This document shows, piece after piece, positions 1 to 11,100 of a stretch of 64,000 nt of DNA. The stretch covers positions 4,650,001-4,714,000 of the forward strand of contig CATNEN010000038.1 of NCBI GenBank assembly GCA_950097015.1, written 5' to 3'. Made by a program: the position numbers and the translations under genes. The notes under the pieces were generated by a model. That model saw only the letters and a list, made by a program, of their open reading frames with translations, had not been told where the DNA came from and ran no database searches. This stretch comes from Macrostomum hystrix (taxonomy: Eukaryota; Animalia; Platyhelminthes). Positions within the stretch are counted from its first letter, which is position 1. Each line of letters starts with the position of its first letter.

Positions 1-895
1 CCTGGTTCACTCCAGCACCTGTTATTTCCCACCTGGTTCAATCCAGCACCTGTTATTTCCCACCTGGTTCACTCCATCACCTGTTATTTCCCACCTGGTT
101 TACTCTAGCACCTGTTATTTCCCACCTGGTTTACTCTAGCACCTGTTATTTCCCACCTGGTTTACTCTAGCACCTGTTATTTCCCACCTGGTTTACTCTA
201 GCACCTGTTATTTCCCACCTGGTTTACTCTAGCACCTGTTATTTCCCACCTGGTTCACTCTAGCACCTGTTATTTCCCACCTGGTTTAATCTAGCACCTG
301 TTATTTCCCACCTGGTTTACTCTAGCACCTGTTATTTCCCACCTGGTTCACTCTAGCACCTGTTATTTCCCACCTGGTTCACTCTAGCACCTGTTATTTC
401 CCACCTGGTTTACTCTAGCACCTGTTATTTCCCACCTGGTTTACTCTAGCACCTGTTATTTCCCACCTGGTTTGCTCTAGCACCTGTTATTTCCCACCTG
501 GTTTACTCTAGCACCTGTTATTTCCCACCTGGTTCACTCTAGCACCTGTTATTTCCCACCTGGTTCACTCTAGCACCTGTTATTTCCCACCTGGTTCACT
601 CCATCACCTGTTATTTCCCACCTGGTTCACTCCAGCACCTGTTATTTCCCACCTGGTTTACTCTAGCACCTGTTATTTCCCACCTGGTTCACTCCAGCAC
701 CTGTTATTTCCCACCAGGTTCACTCTAGCACCTGTTATATTCTATGCAGTTTACTCTAGCACCTGATATTCACCACCTGGTTCACTCTGGCACCTGTTAT
801 TCACCACCTGGTTCACTCTAGCACCTGTTATTTCCCACCTGGTTCACTCTAGCACCTGTTATTTTCCACCTGGTTCACTCTAGCACCTGTTATTT
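1..895. repeat. 31-bp minisatellite (cacctggtttactctagcacctgttatttcc) in an anoctamin intron
   Basis: About 29 tandem units visible. Confidence 0.95.
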
Positions 896-957
896 ACTCC
901 ATATATTTACCCATTTAGATTTACCCATTTAGATTTACCCATACATCGCATACGCAG

Positions 958-3003
958 GTGCCCCGCCCAGAGTTCCGCCAGTCGTGCCCACTACTCCGCG
1001 GCTCTCGCTACTTCTTCAGCCTCATCACCGTGGCTTTCATGATGGCGCTGGTTCTAGCCGTACTTGTTGGCGTCATTACCTACCGGGTTGCTATGCTGGT
1101 GGTGTTTTCATCTATCAAAAGCCTGGATGTGCTCATGAGTCACCTGCGCCTGCTCACAACAGTCACGGCGGCTTGCATCAATTTCGCGTGCATTCTGCTG
1201 CTAAATCAGCTTTATAAAAAGCTGGCCATGTGGCTAACAGCTCTTGAGCGGCCTCGCACCGAAATTGACTTCGAAGACTCTTTCACCATCAAGATGTACT
1301 GCTTTCAGTTTGTTAATTATTATTCCTCTCTGTTCTACATCGCCTTCGTTAAAGGAGCCTTCACTGGACGGCCGGGCCAGTATGCCAGGTTGGTAAGGGG
1401 CCTTGGTATGCCTATGATGGGGTGATGGTTTCGGATAATCTAATGAGGGGTGAGATTTTCGGATAATCTATGAGGGGTGAGATTTTCGGATAATCTATGA
1501 GGGGTGAGATTTTCGGATAATCTAATGAGGGGTGAGATTTTCGGATAATCTAATGAGGGGTGAGATTTTCGGATAATCTAATAAGGGGTGAGATTTTCGG
1601 AAAATCTAATGAGGGGAGAGATTTTCGGATAATCTAATGAGGGGTGAGATTTTCGGATAATCTATGAGGGGTTAAGAGTTTCGGATAATCTAATGAGGGG
1701 TGAGATTTTCGGATAATCTATGAGGGGTTAAGAGTTTCGGATAATCTAATGAGGGGTGAGATTTTCGGATAATCTAATGAGGGGTGAGATATTCGGATAA
1801 TCTATGAGGGGTTAAGAGTTTCGGATAATCTAATAAGGGGTGAGATTTTCGGATAATCCAATGAGGGGTGTGATTTTCGAATAATCTAATGAGGGGTGAG
1901 ATTTTCGGATAATCTAATGAGGGGTGAGATTTTCGGATATTCTATGAGGGGTTGAGAGTTTCGGATAATCTAAAAGGGGTTGAGATTTTCGGATAATCTA
2001 ATAAAAGACGAGATTTTTAGTTTGTATTTATTAGTGTGAAAATAGTCAATTCGTTCACCTCTCAAGCAAACAAGCCCTACTCTGCCCCTGCGGCAGGTAC
2101 CCAATGCTGGGCGGAGTTCGCCTAGAAGAGTGCGACCCCGCCGGGTGCCAGGTTGAGCTAGTAGTCCAGATGCTCATCGTGTTTGTCGCTAACCAACTGC
2201 TCAACAGCGGCGCCGAGTTTGGGTCGCCGCTGATTCGTCTCCTACGTCGCCAAAGACAGCAGCAGCAGCAGTCGGAGGCAGTCAGCAAACAGTCGCCCTG
2301 GGTGAATGATCACAGCCTGAATCCGGTGACGCATCTTCAACTATTTGACGAATACCTGGAGATGACCCTGCAGTTCGGCTTTGTTGTGCTGTTTATAGCC
2401 GCCATGCCGCTGGCGCCGCTCTTCGCCCTGCTCAACAATGTCATCGAGATACGCATGGACGCCTGGAAGATGCTGGTCATGATGCGCCGGCCCATCGCTA
2501 GTCGGGCTCGCGACATCGGCGCCTGGATGAGCATCCTGACTAGCGTCAGCTCGCTGTCTATTGTCACCAATGCTGTGATAATCGGCTTCACCTCTGAGCA
2601 GATACCGAAGCTGGTGTACCAACTCACCGATGGCAATGGCAGCCTAGCTGGCTACATGCAGTGGCGCCTGTCTCAGTTAAATGTCAGCGAATTCGAGCCT
2701 CAGTCCGTACCGCGTCTGAGTCGACTGTCATCAGCGCAGTTCGCCAACCTGACCGAATGCCGCTACAGAGACTTCCGCTATCCGCCTAATAGCGAGTTCA
2801 GGTACACCTACACCACCGCCTACTGGCACGTGCTGGCTGCTCGCATGGCTTTCGTGCTGGTGTTTGAGCATCTGGTGCTGGTACTGAAGGCACTCATCGA
2901 CATGGTCGTGCCGGACCAGCCAGCCATTGTCAAGGAGGAGATGAAGAAGGAGCGCGAGCTGCTTAAGAAGGCCCTGTTCTTGTCTCACCAGAAAATGCAG
3001 TAG
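958..3003 (+). CDS. Anoctamin/TMEM16-family protein, last two exons (958-1388, 2097-3003); the 5' part lies upstream of the window
   Basis: Anoctamin motifs FQFVNYYSSLFYIAF, LEECDPAGC, LFDEYLEMTLQFGFVVLF, PLAPLFALLNNVIEIRMDAWK, RARDIGAW, CRYRDFR, YWHVLAARMAFVLVFEH. Acceptor cgcag|957/958. The phase-2 join AG|gttggt (1388) to cggcag|G (2097) reads ..YARYPMLGGV.. AATAAA lies near 3015. Confidence 0.93.
1429..2005. repeat. 28-29-bp minisatellite (ggggtgagattttcggataatctaatga) in the last anoctamin intron
   Basis: About 20 tandem units. Confidence 0.95.
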
Positions 3004-3065
3004 CCAATGCTCCGAATAAATTTTGATCATCGCTATGATCTGTTTGGATGACCACTGATCCTTAT

Positions 3066-3680
3066 CGGGATATTTATGACAGTAGATAATAGACGGGATA
3101 TTTATGACAGTAGATCATAGAGGGGATATTTATGACAGTAGATCATAGAGGGGATACTTATGACCGTAGATCATAGAGGGGATACTTATGACCGTAGATC
3201 ATAGAGGGGATATTTATGACCGTAGATCATAGAGGGGATATTTATGACAGTAGATCATAGAGGGGATATTTATGACAGTAGATCATAGAGGGGATATTTA
3301 TGACAGTAGATCATAGAGGGGATACTTATGACCGTAGATCATAGAGGGGATACTTATGACCGTAGATCATAGAGGGGATATTTATGACAGTAGATCATAG
3401 AGAGGATATTTATGACAGTAGATCATAGAGGGGATATTTAGGACAGTAGATCATAGAGGGGATATTTATGACAGTAGATCATAGAGGGGATATTTATGAC
3501 AGTAGATCATAGAGGGGATATTTATGACAGTAGATCATAGAGGGGATATTTATGACCGTAGATCATAGAGGGGATATTTATGACGGTGGATCATAGAGGG
3601 GATATTTATGACCGTAGATCATAGAGGGGATATTTATGACGGTGGATCATAGAGGGGATATTTATGACCGCTGATCATTG
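3066..3680. repeat. 28-bp minisatellite (agaggggatatttatgacagtagatcat) downstream of anoctamin
   Basis: About 21 tandem units. Confidence 0.95.
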
Positions 3681-4372
3681 ACCTAATATGAGATGACAAA
3701 TGAGATATTTTGAGACCATTGCTACTCAAAGTGATTATGCACAGCGGGTATAATCGAAAAACGTAAATAGAAAACCGACATATTTGTTATGAAAAAGCAG
3801 CTTCATAGATAGATACCTCGACAAAACTATGTTTTTTTTATTTCTAACTTTTACTTATGCTGTGCTATTTGTTTTTCTGCTTCTAGAAGACAATATACAT
3901 TTTTAACAAATTATTAACGGAATGTCATTCACACCTCAGATAGTATTGTTATTTGTAATTATTCTATTTTGCACCTCTCTATTTGTTTTCATCGATAAAT
4001 TGTCAGGGTGTGTGTATCGATTGTGATATTGTTTTACTCAGAAGAAAAGCTTACAACACAGCTTTAAAAAATGCAGCACTCTATTTGCTTTTCAGCAATC
4101 CGTTTTAAATGCAATGTTTATTTACAGATACAAAGCCAATAGATTTTTCCTTTGTTGTATTTTTTGTTTTAACGACTGCGCCAACGTCGAGTGTTGAAAG
4201 TGTGTTCCTGTCCATCTTTCAAAGTGTACGATTGACTTTTAAATCCGCACACGCGTTTATTTATACTGGTACATTTATGTTGGGGCACAATTCTTGCACA
4301 ATGAAAAATACATTTGTGTTTCTGTTTTTTGCACATTTGGCGCTTACACAAAAGTTGTGTGACTCGGGATTT

Positions 4373-4713
4373 GTGAATTTGAGTAGGATTCTAAATAGAT
4401 GGGGTGAGATTTTGAGTAGGATTATAAATAGATGGGGTGAGATTTTGAGTAGGATTCTAAATAGATGGAGTGAGATTTTGAGTAGGATTCTAAATAGATG
4501 GGGTGAGATTTTGAGTAGGATTCTAAATAGATGGAGTGAGACTTTGAGTAGGATTCTAAATAGATGGGGTGAGATTTTGAGTACGATTCTAAATAGATGG
4601 GGTGAGATTTTGAGTAGGATTCTAAATAGATGGGGTGAGATTTTGAGTAGGATTCTAAATAGATGAGGTGAAATTTTGAGTAGGATTTTAAATAGATGGG
4701 GTGAGATTTTGAG
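4373..4713. repeat. 33-bp minisatellite (ggggtgagattttgagtaggattctaaatagat)
   Basis: About 10 units; explains the ORFs at 4109-4961. Confidence 0.95.
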
Positions 4714-5159
4714 ACAGCGATGATGCAGGCACATTCGCGTGACATGATGATAAATTTTGAAGGCCTGGCAAGGCAGCACTGAGGCGCCGTGCTAATTAGT
4801 GTAAAGGGGTATATAAAAATATAGGAAAAACCTGACCTTTGGCCAGAGCCATTGAACATCTCGACGGTCTGAAGATTTGGCGACTGGGTTCTAGTTTCAG
4901 AAAATGCGCACGTTTTGTGAGTTTCGTGAGCTTTGCATTGTTCCGTTCGGGTGCAGCACAAAAAATGCCCCCTTGGTAGTTTTACTGTTAATAGATGCGG
5001 GTGAGAGTTTGAGAAAATTCCTTATAGATTTGGTGAGATTTTGAAAAGGATTCTCTGTAAATAGGATAATGTATTATTTTAATTCCTTCAGATAGGGAGA
5101 AAATGATCAATGCTCCCATTTGCAGCAGTTTGTTCAACTAAGTAGCCTCATAACTAGCC

Positions 5160-8100
5160 ATGGAATCGGAAACCAGACATCGCCCAGCTGAGCTCAGCAG
5201 CTCCGCAACTCCCGACGGTGTCGTCGAAGATGCAGCGATCCAACCTAGCAGCGGGCCTCGGCGCAGCCGAAGTCGTTCTAGGGAACGCCGACGACGTAGC
5301 CGCACGCGTAGCCGTAGCCGTAGCCGTAGCCGTAGCAGACGAAGCAGACATCGAGGACATAGGCACGAAAGAGATAGGGATCGAGATAGGGATAGGGATC
5401 GAGATAGGGATAGAGACAGAGACCGTTACAGGGATAGAGATCGATCTAGATCTCGGGATCGCGACCGTCATCGTGACAGGGATAGGGATCTAGATAGGGA
5501 TACAAACAGTGGCGGCGCCTACACAATGCCTTGGGGCGAGCCAACCACTACAGTAATGATTCGCGGATTGCCTGAGCTGATTAGCGAGGAAATGGTGAGA
5601 TTTTCTGAGGCGAAATTTCTTAGGGGTGAGATTTTGTGTCGCAACATTTTTTAGAGGTGAGATTTTGTGACGCAACTTTTCTTAGGGGTGAGATTTTGTG
5701 ACGCGACATTTTTTAGGGGTGAGATTTTGTGACACAACATTTTTTTGGGGTGAGATTTTGTGACGCAAAATTTTTTAGGGGTGAGATTTTTTGGCACGAC
5801 ATTGCTTAGGGGTGAGATTTTGTGACACAACATTTTTGAGGGGTGAGATTTGGTGGCACGACATTGCTTAGGGGTGAGATTTTGTGACACAACATTTTTG
5901 AGGGGTGAGATTTGGTGGCACGACATTGCTTAGGGGTGAGATTTTGTGACACAACATTTTGAGGGGTGAGATTTTGTGGCACGACATTGCTTAGGGGTGA
6001 GATTTTGTGACGCAACATTTCTTAGGGGTGAGATTTTGTGACACGACATTCTTAACTGTGTGATTTGGCAGATGAACATTGCTAAAAGCTGATATTTTTA
6101 AGCGAAAGCATTACATTCTCTAGATTTTAAAGCTGAATCAGTCCAGAAACTTTATGCTTTAATTTTTTAAAATTCTATTTAATCAAGTCTACATTTATGA
6201 TTTTCTGAGCGTCATACGAAAACTGCAGATCTGCGCCAGGCTCGCCCAGGACAGTATCCTGTCAAAGGAGATTCGACTGGTTCGAGATAAAGTTACTGGT
6301 GGGTGCTAGTCTGTGTACCATCTTTGTTTATTTGCGTAGCTGTTTTTCGCTAGTTTAATCATTTTGTAACTTGTAACTTAATTTATTAAAAATAACACAA
6401 CTCATGAACAACATTGGTAAGTTGCAACCAAGTGGTCTACAATATCTTGGTTTATGGAATCGAAGCAAGAGTCGTAGCTTAAATAGTAGGAATCGATTAG
6501 GAGTCGCATCAGAAAGAATCGCAGCAGGATCCGTATGAGGAATCGCAGCAGATCTATATTAGGAATCGCAGCAGAATCCGTATTAAGAATCGCAGCAGAT
6601 TGATTTTTAAGAATCGCAGCAGGATCCATTTTGGGAATCGCAGCAGAATCCGTATTAGGAATCGCAGCGGGATCCGTATTAGGAATCGTAGCAGGATCTA
6701 TATTAGGAATCGCAGCAGGATCCATATTGGGAATCGCAGCGGGATCCTTATTAGGAATCGTAGCAGGATCCATTTTAGGAATCGCAGCAGAATCCGTATT
6801 GGGAATCGCAGCGGGATCAGTATTAAGAATCGTAGCAGGATCTATATTAGGAATCGCAGCAGGATCCGTATGAGGAATCGCAGCAGGATACGTATTAGGA
6901 ATCGCAGCAGAATCCGTATTGGGAATCGCAGCGGCATCCGTATTAGGAAGCGTAGCAGGATCTATATTAGGAATCGCAGCAGGATCCGTATGAGGAATCG
7001 CAGCAGGATCCGTATTAGGAATCGCAGCAGAATATATACTAGGAATCGAGCATAGATGATCGCTATTTGTGCTTTAAGAGTCACTATCGGCCAGATATCC
7101 CTTGCTGGTGTCTGTAATTTTGCTGTAACAAAGAAAACTACAAGAAAAGGACGCGAAGATGAAGCGGCAAATTAGCTGAAGATGAAGCTGTTGCTACCGG
7201 GTCCATCTCTAACCTTCTCTTCCTTATCTGCCCTTTAACTGAGCCATGCCACCCGACTGTCAAAGGAGCCAGACAAGCCTAAACTGACGGCCTCCGCGCT
7301 GCCCGACCTCCCCTTCCTTCCTACCAATTCATTCAGGCGTGTCACGCGGATTCGCATTTGTGGAGTTTGACACAGTGCCGCAGGCTCAGGCGTGGATGGA
7401 ATCGCAGCAAGTAAATTGAACACGGGGCGAGACGACCGTTGCTAAGCCTGCTTTCATCTTGCCAATTTGTGCTGTTTTGTAGAAACAACCGACTGTCTCC
7501 ACTGGTCTATGAGCAGTCCTCCCTCCTGTCTCTATATTTCTCGCTTCCTGAGGTCTAATTCCTCTTGTCGCCTCGCCGCTCCGTCATTTGGACCCCATTT
7601 CCCTTCCTTCACTCTTTTCTCCCCCTCTCTCATATCTCCCCTCTTTTCTCCCCTCTTATCTCTACCCTCTCATATCTCCCTTCTTTTCTCCTCTCCTCTC
7701 TTTATCCTCTCATACGAGCTACCTCCCCTCTTTTCTCCTCTCCTCTCTCTACCCTCTGATATCTCCCCTCTTTTCTCCCCTCTTATCTCTACCCTCTCAT
7801 ATCTCCCCTCTTTTCTCCTCTCCTCTCTACCCTCTCATACCTCCCCTCTTTTCTCCTCTCCTCTCTCTACCCTCTGATATCTCCCCTCTTTTCTCCCCTC
7901 TTATCTCTACCCTCTGATATCTCCCCTCTTTTCTCCCCTCTTATCTCTACCCTCTCATACCTCCCCTCTTTTCTCCTCTCCTCTCTCTACCCTCTGATAT
8001 CTCCCCTCTTTTCTCCCCTCTTATCTCTACCCTCTCATACCTCCCCTCTTTTCTCCTCTCCTCTCTCTACCCTCTGATATCTCCCCTCTTTTCTCCTCTC

Positions 8101-11100
8101 CTCTCTCTACCCTCTCATACCTCCCCTCTTTTCTCCTCTCCTCTCTACCCTCTGATATCTCCCTTCTTTTCTCCTCTCTTATCTCTACCCTCTCATATCT
8201 CCCCTCTTTTCTCCCCTCTTATCTCTACCCTCTCATACCTCCCCTCTTTTCTCCTCTCCTCTCTCTACCCTCTGATATCTCCCCTCTTTTCTCCTCTCCT
8301 CTCTCTACCCTCTCATACCTCCCCTCTTTTCTCCTCTCCTCTCTACCCTCTGATATCTCCCTTCTTTTCTCCTCTCTTATCTCTACCCTCTCATATCTCC
8401 CCTCTTTTCTCCCCTCTTATCTCTACCCTCTCATATCTCCCCTCTTTTCTCCTCTCCTCTCTCTACCCTCTCATATCTCCCTTCTTTTCTCCTCTCTTAT
8501 CTCTACCCTCTCATATCTCCCCTCTTTTCTCCCCTCTTATCTCTACCCTCTCATATCTCCCCTCTTTTCTCCTCTCCTCTCTCTACCCTCTCATATCTCC
8601 CTTCTTTTCTCCTCTCTTATCTCTACCCTCTCATATCTCCCTTCTTTTCTCCTCTCTTATCTCTACCCTCTCTTATCTCCCTTCTTTTCTCCTCTCCTCT
8701 CTCTACCCTCTCATATCTCCCCTCTTTTCTCCTCTCATGTCTCCCCTCTTCTCTGTCTTCTCTCTTCTCTCTTCTCTCCCCTCTTTTATCTATTATATCT
8801 CCCTCTCCCATATCTCTCCCTATTTTCTCATTTTACCCATCTCCTTTCATTTCTCCAATCCTCACTTCTGCCGCTTGCCTCCCGTCTTTTAATATTGTTC
8901 TGGCCCGCTCTTCTTCATTTTCATAGGATCTTTAGTGTTTTCAACAATCTTAATGGAGAAATCACTGTTGAAATTATAAACCGCTACCGAGATTTCCATT
9001 CCAAACTCTAATAGAATGCCCCATTTGAACCAGAAATTGGGATCTAAATGTCACAGTGATTTCTCAATTAAGCTGGCCTACAGTATGCTTTTAGAGATTT
9101 TCGTAGGCTCTTAGGCTTGTATATTTTATCAAACAAAGGGGTTAGATTGGTCAGCCTGTACACCTGCCGTTTCGTCCTACGCGCGATCGGATTCTCCGGC
9201 TTACGAGAGTCGACTAAGCTGAGTTCGAATTGCCCCTAAGAATTGTCTGTTTCGGTTGCCAGTGGAGTCAGTTGGGCTTACCTGCGCCTACCGCCTCCTC
9301 TCCCTGTAGGGCACTCTGATTCTGGGAGACGCGCACCTGTCGCTGCAGTACAGCCTGCCCCGCGGCGACTCCAGACGATTGGACGACTCCAGGGCCGACT
9401 GGATGTGCCTTCGGGTTTGTAACTGACCTCTGCTGACTGCTTTTGGCACTGCCGTTATCGCCGCCATCGTGATCTTGCAATGCCCCACTTTCAGTCACTG
9501 ATTCTTCAGGTCCGCCCTCCTGATCCTTCAGGTCCGCCCTCCTGATCCTTCAGGTCCGCCCTCCTGATCCTTCAGGTCCGCCCTCCTGATTCTTCAGGTC
9601 CGCCCTCCTGATCCTTCAGGTCCGCCCTCCTGATCCTTCAGGTCCGCCCTCCTGATCCTTCAGGTCCGCCCTCCTGATTCTTCAGGTCCGCTCTCCTGAT
9701 TCTTCAGGTCCGCCCTCCTGATCCTTCAGGTCCGCCCTCCTGATCCTTCAGGTCCGCCCTCCTGATCCTTCAGGTCCGCCCTCCTGATCCTTCAGGTCCG
9801 CCCTCCTGATCCTTCAGGTCCGCCCTCCTGATCCTTCAGGTCCGCCCTCCTGATCCTTCAGGTCCGCCCTCCTGATCCTTCAGGTCCGCCCTCCTGATCC
9901 TTCAGGTCCGCCCTCCTGATCCTTCAGGTCCGCCCTCCTGATTCTTCAGGTCCGCTCTCCTGATCTTTCAGTTCCGCCCTCCTGATTCTTCAGGTCTGCC
10001 CTCCTGATCCTTCTGGTCCGCCCTCCTGATCCTTCAGGTCCGCCCTCCTGATCCTTCAGGTCCGCCCTCCTAATCCTCCTGATTCCCTCTATGCGTTATC
10101 AATTGCTTTCTGGATCTCTAATCTTTACCTGTTAAATGTTACGATGTTTAATCTTGACCTTCAGCCTCGTTGTCATTAACATTCAGGGTCAACAATAACC
10201 TCCAGATATTCAGACAGCGGAATGCAATAAAATATCTGCCCCTCCCCATCCGCCGATCCCCTCAGTGCAACGGGCACAACTTTCGCAAGCGGGACATCTG
10301 CTACAAGTGCGGCGCCTCCCGCGCCGAGAGCTGCGCTAGTCTGGCTAGCGACGGCAGCGAGCTGGTCTCTACCAGTCCCTGCAACACCCTGGTGCTGCGC
10401 TGCCTGGACGCCCTCACCACTGAGGACTCGGTGGCCTCCCTAACTGAACGCTTGGTGGCTGTGGCGCCAAAGAACTGCAGCATCCTGCGCGACCCCCTGA
10501 CCAGAGCTAGCAAATGCTGCGCACTCATCGAATTTGACAATGTCACCGACGCTATGCAGATGGTTCAGCTGGCTGCCGATATGGACTTTGTCGAACTGGA
10601 CGGCAAAGCTATCAGTGTGGATTATGCCAGGTAGCTGGCGGGGTTCAATCGCTTTTATTCTGAAGCTTATTCTTATCACTGTCTAGATTTATTAATCCCA
10701 ATTTTATCCTCTCGGATTTCTAAATCTCATTTTTATCCTCAAATTTCCTAGTCCCAATTTTATCCTCTCAGATTTCCTAATCCTAAATTTTTTCCTCAGA
10801 TTTCCTAATCACTATTTTATCCTTAGATTTCTTAATCCCAATTTTATCCCCAGATTTCCCTGAAACACATTTGTCACATCGCACGTTATTCTACACTACT
10901 AACAGTAGTCCTTGTTCGCTCCAGGCACACCTACAAGACCATCATGGGCGAGGCTGGAGTATTTTCGACTATCGCCGCGTCGCCGGCCTCTGCCGCGCTA
11001 GTCGCACCTCAGCAGCTTGCGCAGCTGACGAGCTCGGCTTCGTCTGGGGCCTCCTCGGCTGTTACGACATCGGCGGCTGCGGCTGCCGCAGTGGCCGCCG

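Noticed and set aside
4109-4961. ORFs of 172-185 aa upstream of RBM5
   Set aside because: Driven by the 33-bp repeat; the remainder is AT-rich non-coding-like sequence.
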